Shown: positions 10,306 through 19,114 of the stretch, one piece after another
Position numbering within the stretch: position 1 is the stretch's first letter
Layout: each line of letters starts with the position of its first letter
Assembly: GCA_035456445.1 (NCBI GenBank)
Contig: DATIDF010000350.1
Location: 1 to 63,478 of the forward strand
Source of the DNA: Anaeromyxobacter sp.
Lineage (GTDB): Bacteria > Myxococcota > Myxococcia > Myxococcales > Anaeromyxobacteraceae
Reading direction: 5' to 3'
Length of the DNA: 63,478 bases
Program-made: the position numbers and the translations under genes
Notes under the pieces: model-generated
What the model was told of the DNA's origin: nothing
Database searches by the model: none
What the model saw: only the letters and a program-made list of their open reading frames with translations

Positions 10306-10967
10306 GGGTTCTCCAGCAGGTACCCCAGGCCACGCACCGTGCGGATCCGCACCCCGGCCGGCTCGAGCTTCTTCCGCAGCCGGTGGACGTAGATCTCCAC
10401 GGCGTTCACGCCGGCCTCCTCGTCGAAGCCGAACAGCTTGTCGTGGAGCGCCTGCTTCGCGACCACCTGGCCGCGGTGGACGAGCAGCACCTCGAGGAGG
10501 TTCAGCTCCCGCCGCGGCAGCTCGAACGGCGCGCCGTCCACCCGCGCGAGCCGGGCGCCGGTGTCGAGCGAGAGCCGGCCGTGGACGATGACCGCCGCCT
10601 CCCCGCCCACGCCGCGCCGGATGAGGGCCCCCGCCCGCGCCTCGAGCTCGGCGAGCGCGAAGGGCTTCCCCAGGTAGTCGTCGGCGCCGAGGTTGAGCCC
10701 CTGGACGCGGTCCTGGAGCGCGTCCCGCGCCGTGAGGACGAGCACCGGCACGCGCGACCGCCGCCTGCGGAGCCGGCGAAGCACGTCGAGCCCGTCCATG
10801 TCCGGGAGCCCGAGGTCGAGGATCACGAGGTCGTACTCGTGCATCCGGAGCACGCTGTCCGCGTCGTCGCCGGTCTCGACGCGGTCCACGGCATGCCCTT
10901 TCCCGCGGAAGGCGCTCTCGATGCTGCGGCCGAGCTCCAGGTTGTCCTCGACGATGAGAAGGCGCAT
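10302..10967 (-). CDS. TctD-like OmpR-family response regulator
   Basis: MRLLIVEDN, ILDLGLPDMDG, GADDYLGKPF, NAVEIYVHRLRKKL and IRTVRGLGY motifs. Confidence 0.9.
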   Translation of the reverse strand: MRLLIVEDNLELGRSIESAFRGKGHAVDRVETGDDADSVLRMHEYDLVILDLGLPDMDGLDVLRRLRRRRSRVPVLVLTARDALQDRVQGLNLGADDYLGKPFALAELEARAGALIRRGVGGEAAVIVHGRLSLDTGARLARVDGAPFELPRRELNLLEVLLVHRGQVVAKQALHDKLFGFDEEAGVNAVEIYVHRLRKKLEPAGVRIRTVRGLGYLLENP

Positions 10968-10996
10968 GCGCAGTGCTCGGGGGCCGATTTGGCAGA

Positions 10997-11008
10997 CTAT
11001 AATTATAG
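10997..11008. promoter_or_regulatory. Palindromic bidirectional -10 element
   Basis: CTATAATTATAG is a perfect palindrome carrying TATAAT on both strands between divergent genes. Confidence 0.7.
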
Positions 11009-11011
11009 ACC

Positions 11012-12121
11012 GTGAGCCGAGTGAGCGTCGCAGTGACCCGCGTGCTGTCGAGCGTCCTCGTGGCGACACTGGCGCTCCCCGCGCCGGCGGCGCGGGCGGC
11101 GCCGCCGCCGAAGACGGCCGCCCGGGTCCTCGCCGCCGCGCGGGCGGAGGGGAAGGTCGTCCTCTACTCCGTGACCGACCGCGCGGTCGTGGCCCCGCTC
11201 CTCGCAGACTTCGAGGAGCTTCACCCGCGAGTCGCGGTCGAGTTCCACGAGCTGACCGCGAACGAGCTCCACGAGCGGTTCCTCCGGGAGGCCGCCGCCG
11301 GGAAGGTTGCGGCGGACGTCCTGTGGAGCCCGGCGATGGATCTCCAGATCAAGCTCGCGAATGACGGGTTCGCCGCCGCCTACGACAGCCCGGAGGCGAG
11401 CGGCCTCCCGGCCTGGGCGGTCTGGAGGAGCGAGGCGTTCGGCACGACCCTCGAGCCGCTCGTCTTCGTCCACGACGAGCGCACCCTCCCGTCCGCGCAG
11501 GCGCCGCAGTCGCACGCCGATCTCGTGAGGCTCCTCGAGGCGCAGCCGGACCGCTTCCGCGGGATGATGAGCACCTACGACCCCGAGCGGAGCGGCGTCG
11601 GCTACCTCCTCCTCACCCAGGACAGCCGCATCGATCCGAACTTCACCGACACCGTGCGCTCCTACGGGCGCGCCGGGACGAGGCTCCACATCTCGTCGAA
11701 CGCGATGATCGACGAGATCCGCGACGGGAAGGCGCTCCTCGCAGTCAACGTGATCGGCTCCTACGCGCTCGAGGCCCGGCGCGGCGCGCCGAGCCTGACG
11801 GTCGTCTTCCCTCGCGACTACGTCCTCGCCATGTCGCGCATCGCGCTCATTCCGAAGGGCGCGCCCCACCCCGAGGCCGCGAAGGTGTTCCTCGACTACC
11901 TGCTCTCGGCGCGCGGGCAGGAGGTGCTCTCGACGCGCTGCTCGCAGTTCTCGATCCGCGCGGACGTCGAGGGGGAGACCACCGCGTTCTCGCTCTCGCG
12001 GGAGCTGGGCGCGCGCGTGAAGCCGATCCACGTCGGGCCGTCGCTCCTGGTCTTTCTCGACCAGTCGAAGCGCGACGACTTTCTCCGGCGCTGGCGGGCG
12101 GCCTTCGCGCAGCAGCGGTGA
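11012..12121 (+). CDS. Orphan ABC-type substrate-binding protein (AfuA/PgtC-like)
   Basis: Signal peptide; ADVLWSPAMDLQIKLANDG, TYDPERSGVGY and AAKVFLDYLLS motifs; no permease or ATPase nearby. Confidence 0.8.
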   Translation: MSRVSVAVTRVLSSVLVATLALPAPAARAAPPPKTAARVLAAARAEGKVVLYSVTDRAVVAPLLADFEELHPRVAVEFHELTANELHERFLREAAAGKVAADVLWSPAMDLQIKLANDGFAAAYDSPEASGLPAWAVWRSEAFGTTLEPLVFVHDERTLPSAQAPQSHADLVRLLEAQPDRFRGMMSTYDPERSGVGYLLLTQDSRIDPNFTDTVRSYGRAGTRLHISSNAMIDEIRDGKALLAVNVIGSYALEARRGAPSLTVVFPRDYVLAMSRIALIPKGAPHPEAAKVFLDYLLSARGQEVLSTRCSQFSIRADVEGETTAFSLSRELGARVKPIHVGPSLLVFLDQSKRDDFLRRWRAAFAQQR

Positions 12122-12251
12122 CCGTCCGGGCCGTGCGCCGTGAGCGTAGGCCGCGCAGCGGCCCGCCGTGGGCGTCGGGTGCCTCGACGACCTCGACGGG
12201 GCGGAACCCCTCCGCGCTCGCGACCGGCACCGTGCGTGTGAAGCCGATGCC

Positions 12252-12344
12252 ACGCAGCGCTTCGGCGACGACTTCAGGGCGTTCCTGAAGGACGAGCAGG
12301 CCCGCTACCAGACGCTTCTCGGCGAGCTCGGCTTCCTGAAGTGA
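12252..12344 (+). pseudogene. 3' remnant of a diverged tctC paralog
   Basis: Encodes TQRFGDDFRAFLKDEQARYQTLLGELGFLK*, 23/30 aa identical to the TctC C-terminus at 13366-13458; in-frame stops upstream at 12141 and 12147. Confidence 0.85.
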
Positions 12345-12358
12345 AGCGCGATCGCCCG

Positions 12359-12392
12359 CGACAGCGAGGCGACAGGATCGGGCCCGTATCGT
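12359..12392 (+). promoter_or_regulatory. tctC promoter: CGACAG-N5-CGACAG, then 11 nt, then TATCGT (-10)
   Basis: Perfect hexamer direct repeat with spacing identical to the porin promoter. Confidence 0.6.
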
Positions 12393-12438
12393 CCACCCCG
12401 TAGCCGAGAGCACCTGACCCCTCGACTGGAGAGTCCCG

Positions 12439-13458
12439 ATGAAGCGCCGAGCCGATGCGTCCAACCCAGTGAAGCCTGGCCTCCCGAAGCTCGTCGTCGG
12501 TGCCGCGGCCGCCGCGGCCGTCGCCCTCGCGGTGGGCGCCGCGCCGGCCGCGGCCTTCGAGCCCGACAAGGCCGAGTGCATCGCACCCGCGAACCCCGGC
12601 GGCGGCTGGGACACCATCTGCCGCACCACGTCCGCCGTGCTCCAGAAGACCCACGCCGTGAAGACCACGATGTACGTGACGAACCAGCCCGGTGGCAGCG
12701 GCGCCGTCGCCATCGCGAGCGTCATCGCGAAGCGCAAGGGCGACCCGGGCCTCCTCGTCGCCGCGTCGAACTCCCTCACGTTCACCATGGCGATGGGCCG
12801 GACGCCGCACGGCTACGACGACGTCATCCCCCTCGCGCAGATCGCGGCCGAGTACGGCGGGTTCTTCGTCCGGGCGGACTCGAAGTACAAGACGCTCGGG
12901 GACCTCGTCGCCGCGCTCAAGGCGGACCCCGCCGCGGTGACGTTCGCCGGCGGCTCCGCCCCCGGCAGCCTCGACCACATCAAGGTCGCCCTGCTCGCGA
13001 AGGCGATCGGCGTCGAGCCGGCGAAGATCGTCTACGTGCCGTTCCAGGGCGGCGGCGAGGCGATCACCGCGCTGCTCGGCGGGCATACCGTCGCCGCCAC
13101 CATCGACCTCGCCGAGGCCGCCGCGCAGGTCGAGGCCGGCAAGATCCGTTGCCTCGCCCTCATGAGCGACAAGCGCTCGACGCGCTTCAAGGACCTGCCG
13201 ACGACCTACGAGCAGGGCGTGAAGGTGACCTTCCCGATCTGGCGTGGGCTCTACATGGCGCCCGGCGCGCCGGCCGAGGCGGTGAAGTTCTGGTCGGACG
13301 CGGTGAAAAAGATGGTCGCGACGCCGGAGTGGAGCGCCGAGCGGGAGAAGCTCGCCTGGGAGCCGACGCAGCGCTTCGGCGACGAGTTCAAGCAGTTCGT
13401 GAAGGAGGAGCATGCGCGCTACCAGACGCTCCTGAAGGAGCTCGGCTTCCTGAAGTAA
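12439..13458 (+). CDS. tctC: Tripartite tricarboxylate transporter substrate-binding protein (Bug/TctC)
   Basis: ECIAPANPGGGWD, NQPGGSG, YVPFQGGGEA and WRGL motifs; start may instead be GTG 12469. Confidence 0.92.
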   Translation: MKRRADASNPVKPGLPKLVVGAAAAAAVALAVGAAPAAAFEPDKAECIAPANPGGGWDTICRTTSAVLQKTHAVKTTMYVTNQPGGSGAVAIASVIAKRKGDPGLLVAASNSLTFTMAMGRTPHGYDDVIPLAQIAAEYGGFFVRADSKYKTLGDLVAALKADPAAVTFAGGSAPGSLDHIKVALLAKAIGVEPAKIVYVPFQGGGEAITALLGGHTVAATIDLAEAAAQVEAGKIRCLALMSDKRSTRFKDLPTTYEQGVKVTFPIWRGLYMAPGAPAEAVKFWSDAVKKMVATPEWSAEREKLAWEPTQRFGDEFKQFVKEEHARYQTLLKELGFLK

Positions 13459-13496
13459 GCCAGGGCCGCACCGGGAACGAGAGCGGAGGCACCGCC

Positions 13497-14012
13497 ATGA
13501 TCGTCGCCAGAAACGTCGTCACGCGGGCGCGCATCGAGGGGCTCGTCATCCTCGCGGTGGCGCTCGGCTACCTCTGGGAGGCGCGGAGCATCCCGTCGCT
13601 CTACCAGATGCCCGGGGTGCCGGGGCCCACCGCGTTCCCCACGCTCGTAGGGGTCGTGTTCGCGGCGAGCGGCCTCTGGCGCTTGCTCTCCGGCGGCGGG
13701 AGGTCCGAGGCGCGGGTGGATGCCGCCGAGACGGCCGCGCCGCGCGCGGACGGCGCCGGCTGGCTCGCGCATAGCTGGCGCTTCTACGCGATGTGGGCGG
13801 TCGTCCTCGCCTACCTCGTGCTCATGCCGACGCTCGGGTTCCCGGTCGCCAGCGTCGCGGCGCTCGCCGCGCTGTTCGCGCTCCTCGGCGAGCGTCGCGC
13901 CGGCGCGGTGGCGGGGCTGTCCGTCGTCGCGACCGCCGTCATGTACCTGGGGTTCGCGAGAGGGCTCGGCGTCCGCCTGCCCCTCGGGATCCTCGAGCAG
14001 CTCGTGAAGTGA
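13497..14012 (+). CDS. tctB: Tripartite tricarboxylate transporter small membrane subunit
   Basis: GPTAFP, LGF and F..GLGVRLPLG motifs; between tctC and tctA; GGAGG SD. Confidence 0.88.
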   Translation: MIVARNVVTRARIEGLVILAVALGYLWEARSIPSLYQMPGVPGPTAFPTLVGVVFAASGLWRLLSGGGRSEARVDAAETAAPRADGAGWLAHSWRFYAMWAVVLAYLVLMPTLGFPVASVAALAALFALLGERRAGAVAGLSVVATAVMYLGFARGLGVRLPLGILEQLVK

Positions 14013-14020
14013 GGGATCCC

Positions 14021-15523
14021 ATGCTCGAGCACCTCCTCAATGGTTTCGCCGTCGCGCTCCAGCCGTTCAACCTCCTCATCGCCCTCATCGGCAGCCTGGT
14101 GGGGACCCTCATCGGCGTGCTCCCGGGGCTCGGCCCCACCGCGACCATCGCGATGCTCATCCCGTTGGTCTTCACGATGTCCCCGACCACGGCGATGATC
14201 ATGCTGACGTCCGTCTACTACGGGTCGATGTACGGAGGCTCGACGACCTCGATCCTGGTGAACATCCCGGGCGAGTCCGCCTCCGTCATCACCACGCGCG
14301 ACGGGCACAAGATGGCGATGCAGGGGCGGGCGGGTCCGGCGCTCGCGATCGCGGCCATCGGCTCGTTCGTCGCCGGCACCTTCGCGGTCGTGGTGCTGAG
14401 CGTCATCGGGCAGCCGGTGGCGTCGTACGCGCTGCACTTCGGCCCGGCGGAGTTCTTCTCGCTCATGCTGTTCGGGCTCGCGACGGTGGCGAGCCTCACG
14501 GGCGGCAGCATCGCGAAGGCGGTCGTGACGACGACCGCCGGCCTCATGATCGCCACGGTGGGGATCGACCTCGTCTCGGGGGCGCCGCGCTTCACGTTCG
14601 GCAACCCGTTCCTGCAGGACGGGATCGACTTCGTCGTGGTGGCGATCGGCATCTTCGCGATGTCCGAGGTCGTCATGACGGCGAAGGAGGTCTGGGAGGG
14701 AACGCGGGCGGAGGTCGTGAAGGCCAGCCGCGTGTGGGTGAACTGGGAGGAGCTCAAGTACAGCGCCCCCTCGATGTTCCGGGGGACCTTCTTCGGCTTC
14801 CTCGTCGGCATGCTCCCGGGCGCAGGCGCGACGCTCTCGACCTTCATCGCCTACAACCTCGAGAAGCGGCTCGCGAAGAATCCGGAGAAGCTCGGCACCG
14901 GCGACATCCGCGGTGTCGCGAACCCCGAGGCGGCGAACAACGCCGCGAGCGGCGCCTCGCTCATCCCGCTCCTCACCCTCGGCATCCCGGGCGGCGGCGC
15001 GACCGCGGTGATGCTCGGCGCCCTCATGATGCTCGACATCACCCCCGGCCCGCTCATGTTCCAGAAGCACGGCGCGATGCTCTGGGCCCTCATCGCGAGC
15101 ATGTACGTGGGGAACGCGATCCTCCTCGTCCTCAACTGGCCGCTCGTGAACGTCTTCGCGCGCGTGATGGCCGTGCCCGCCCGCTTTCTCATGCCGGTCG
15201 TGCTCGTCATCTCGACCATCGGCGTCTGGTCCCTCTCGTCGAGCTCGGTGGACCTCCTCCTCACGGGGGCCGCGGGCATCGTCGGCTACTACATGCGCCG
15301 CCACGGGTGGCCCATCGAGCCGCTCATCCTCGGGCTCATCCTCGGCGGGCGCATGGAGTCCGCCTACCGGCAGTCGCTCATCATCTCGAGGGGGAGCCCG
15401 CTGATCTTCCTCTCGCACCCGATCTCCGCGGCGCTCCTCGCCGGGGCGGTCGCCTTCCTCGTGCTCCCCTCGATCCTCGCGTGGCTCAGGCGCGTCCGCG
15501 CGCCGCGAGCAGCGCTCGCCTGA
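14021..15523 (+). CDS. tctA: Tripartite tricarboxylate transporter large permease
   Basis: GTLIGVLPGLG, YYGSMYGGSTTSILVNIPG, PEAANNA and LTLGIPG motifs. Confidence 0.95.
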   Translation: MLEHLLNGFAVALQPFNLLIALIGSLVGTLIGVLPGLGPTATIAMLIPLVFTMSPTTAMIMLTSVYYGSMYGGSTTSILVNIPGESASVITTRDGHKMAMQGRAGPALAIAAIGSFVAGTFAVVVLSVIGQPVASYALHFGPAEFFSLMLFGLATVASLTGGSIAKAVVTTTAGLMIATVGIDLVSGAPRFTFGNPFLQDGIDFVVVAIGIFAMSEVVMTAKEVWEGTRAEVVKASRVWVNWEELKYSAPSMFRGTFFGFLVGMLPGAGATLSTFIAYNLEKRLAKNPEKLGTGDIRGVANPEAANNAASGASLIPLLTLGIPGGGATAVMLGALMMLDITPGPLMFQKHGAMLWALIASMYVGNAILLVLNWPLVNVFARVMAVPARFLMPVVLVISTIGVWSLSSSSVDLLLTGAAGIVGYYMRRHGWPIEPLILGLILGGRMESAYRQSLIISRGSPLIFLSHPISAALLAGAVAFLVLPSILAWLRRVRAPRAALA

Positions 15524-15957
15524 GGCCAACTCGAGGCCGAGCTGACGGCGCACCGGCCGCGCTCGAGCCATGAAGGCACGTCTCCCGGGCGGGCGGGTGA
15601 CGGCCCTCGCTCTCCCGGAGGCGCGTTTCGCGAGCGGCGCCCCGGGCGAGCCGTCCGCGGCGTTCTGACGGGCGAGCGCACGTGGTAGAAGGGCGCTCGA
15701 TGCTCAGCTCCGCCCTCGTCGCGCTGCCGCGCGCCGGCGCGCCGGACCTGCCGCCTGGCGGCGGGGTCGCCGTCTTCACGGCTGGGCCTAGTTCCACCGT
15801 GCGTCACAGGACGTCCTCCGCGCCGTACGTGGTGCCCGCCGCGGCCGGGGAGCGGCTCGAATCCGTCCCGGCGCCCGCCGGTACCGCCATCGCGCTAGGC
15901 GCGGCGGACGATGAGCGGATGTGCGCCCCGGGCGCGAGGCGCGGCGGCGGCCCGGTC

Positions 15958-16186
15958 CCGACGCTCGTCTCGGTGGGCGAGCTCGACTACCGACCGGTCG
16001 ATCACGGCTACGCCGCGTTCACGCCGCTGCAGGGGCGCGGCGTCCCCTCGAGGCTCCTCGTCTTCTCCGACGAAGGGAACTGGGTCTCGAAGCCGAAGAA
16101 TGCGAGAGTGTTCTACGATGTTGTTGCTCGGGTGGCTCGACGAGCACATCGGCCCCGCGGCGAACGTGTCCGCGGAGGCGCGCTAA
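15958..16186 (+). pseudogene. C-terminal remnant of an S9 (prolyl oligopeptidase / DAP) peptidase
   Basis: PTLVSVGELDYRPVDHGYAAFTPLQGRGVPSRLLVFSDEGNWVSKPKN, then a frameshift near 16125 into LGWLDEHI; catalytic His position reads Asn; no GxSxG segment. Confidence 0.8.
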
Positions 16187-17275
<1,089 letters not shown>

Positions 17276-17313
17276 CCGGAAACGCGTTCCGTCCCCGCAC
17301 GGAATGCGACGCA

Positions 17314-17430
17314 GGCGCGCGAAACCGGAGCCGAGGCGGGCTACCGCAGCGACGCGCGCCGAGGCGTACTGCTTCCGTACGCCGCAGGCGCAAGGAGCGA
17401 GGACGCCCGCCGCAGGCCCGGGATCGTGCG
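17314..17430. repeat. Imperfect rod-like palindromic intergenic element
   Basis: Apical hairpin GGCGTAC-N7-GTACGCC (17363-17383) nested in GCGCC/GGCGC and GGCGGGC/GCCCGCC stems separated by purine-rich mismatches. Confidence 0.5.
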
Positions 17431-17476
17431 CCGAGCCTCGCGCGCGCCGCGCGCCGGCGTTAGGTCCCCCACGCGC

Positions 17477-18349
17477 ATGGGACCGTTCGAGCTCGAGGGA
17501 TCGCCGATCGCCTTCGCGGCGGCCGGGCTGGTCGTCGCCATCGCGTTCGCGATCGGGGTCGCGGCCTCGACCGAGCCGCCCGCCGAGCGTGATGTCGGGG
17601 CGCGCGCCGCGTACGCGGAGTGCCTCCTCGCCGGGCGGGGCCGGAGCGACTGCGCCCCCCGGCGCGACGCGGCGCTCACGCTCTGCGCCGCGCGCCGCCC
17701 GCTCGCAGAGTGCGAGGAGCTGCTCGCGGAGACCGACCGCTCTCCCGGGGCCGTCGTGCGCGAGGTCGAGGACGCGCGCCTCGCCGGTCCACTCCACGGG
17801 AGCGCCCGCCGGGGGGCGATCGGCGCTGCCCTCGCGCTCGGCGCGCTCGCGCTCGTCGTCGCGCTGCGGCGGCCGCGGCCGGCCAGCGTCGCGAAGCTCG
17901 CGGCCGGGGCCGTCGCGGGGCTCGCGCTCGCGTCGGTGCCGGCGCTCGCGGCGGCGGCGTTCGGCGTGCTCGTCTCTGCGGTGGTCCCGCGGAGCGAGGT
18001 CGCGCTCGTCGGGTTCGGCCTGTTCGTCGCGACGTTCGCCGCGGTGGTGGGGATGCCCGCCGCCGCCGGCGCGGTGGACGCGCCGAGCCCGGGGCGGCGG
18101 CGCCGCGTCCACGCGAGCCTCGCGGCGGTCGCGCTGGGGATGTCCGGCTGGATCGTCCTCGTCGGGCCGATCCCCGCCGGCCTCGCGGGCTGGCTGCAAG
18201 CGCTCTCCGCGCTCGCGCTCGCGCTCGCCGGCTACCTCGCGCCGCGCGCTGACGGGATCGCATCGTCCGCGCGACGACGCCAGCCTGCCCGCGCCACGGC
18301 CACCCTGACCGGTCCATCGTCTCGAGAGGGCGCAAGCACGGGCTCGTGA
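17477..18349 (+). CDS. Hypothetical polytopic membrane protein with a 4-Cys extracytoplasmic loop
   Basis: N-terminal TM, loop with four Cys, then about 5-6 hydrophobic helices; GC3-rich codons. Confidence 0.55.
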   Translation: MGPFELEGSPIAFAAAGLVVAIAFAIGVAASTEPPAERDVGARAAYAECLLAGRGRSDCAPRRDAALTLCAARRPLAECEELLAETDRSPGAVVREVEDARLAGPLHGSARRGAIGAALALGALALVVALRRPRPASVAKLAAGAVAGLALASVPALAAAAFGVLVSAVVPRSEVALVGFGLFVATFAAVVGMPAAAGAVDAPSPGRRRRVHASLAAVALGMSGWIVLVGPIPAGLAGWLQALSALALALAGYLAPRADGIASSARRRQPARATATLTGPSSREGASTGS

Positions 18350-18484
18350 GGAACGAGGCGGGTGCGGGGACGCGCCGGCGGGCGCGATGTCGAGCGCACG
18401 ACCCGGTGTCGTCCCGCCCCGGCGTGCTGTCGGAAGTTCCCGACGACGTGGCGCGCAAGCCCGCGACACGTGGCGCGCCGGCGT

Positions 18485-18500
18485 TGGCAGCGGTCGTGCA
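18485..18500 (+). promoter_or_regulatory. Sigma54 -24/-12 promoter
   Basis: TGGCAGCGGTCGTGCA (GG-N10-GC); palindromes GTCGG-N6-CCGAC (18429-18444) and GTCG-N6-CGAC (18389-18402) upstream. Confidence 0.65.
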
Positions 18501-18580
18501 GTAGGAGCGGGCACGGCGGACGCGACGCGGTGGCGGCGCCGGGACCTTCCTAGACCGCAGCAACCACAGGAGAACACGCG

Positions 18581-18886
18581 ATGCAGAGCAAGACCCCCTC
18601 CCTCATCGGCGCCGGCATCGGCCTCGCCCTCTTCCTCGCCGTCGCGCTTCTCCCTGCGATGCTGTACGGCGGCTACGCGGGCGTGCTGCTCGCGGGCGGC
18701 ATCTTCGGCACGCCGCTCGAGCCGACGTTGCTCGTGCGCGCGCTCATCGTGTTCGGGATCGTGATGGGCGTCGCGGGTGTCGGCTCGCTGTTCGCGGTGA
18801 TGGGCGCCGCGGCCGGCGCGGGCGTCGGCGCGCTGACCAGCCTCGCCTCCCGCAAGCCCGCCACCCAGGAGGCGGAGAGCAAGTAG
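18581..18886 (+). CDS. Small Gly-rich membrane protein of unknown function
   Basis: AGGAG SD; 101 aa with Gly-zipper-like hydrophobic helices; followed by a hairpin. Confidence 0.8.
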   Translation: MQSKTPSLIGAGIGLALFLAVALLPAMLYGGYAGVLLAGGIFGTPLEPTLLVRALIVFGIVMGVAGVGSLFAVMGAAAGAGVGALTSLASRKPATQEAESK

Positions 18887-18914
18887 CCGCGCGGCTCCGC
18901 GCTGAACGGCACCC

Positions 18915-18940
18915 GCGGGCCCGGGTCATCCCGGGCCCGC
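18915..18940 (+). terminator. Hairpin after the small membrane protein gene
   Basis: GCGGGCCCGGG-TCAT-CCCGGGCCCGC; no U-tract. Confidence 0.45.
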
Positions 18941-19114
18941 GCTGCCGTCTCGGGGTGCGCGCCGCCGCGCAGCCTTTCCCAGGCGGGCCGCTTGCGCGCA
19001 ACCTTTGCGACCTCCCGACGATTGATCCCCGGCAACTCCCAATCATTCAGCGGACTTGGCTCCACGGTCCTTTCGGACTCAGGGGCATGTCCGTTGCAGC
19101 CGCGACCCACGCCT

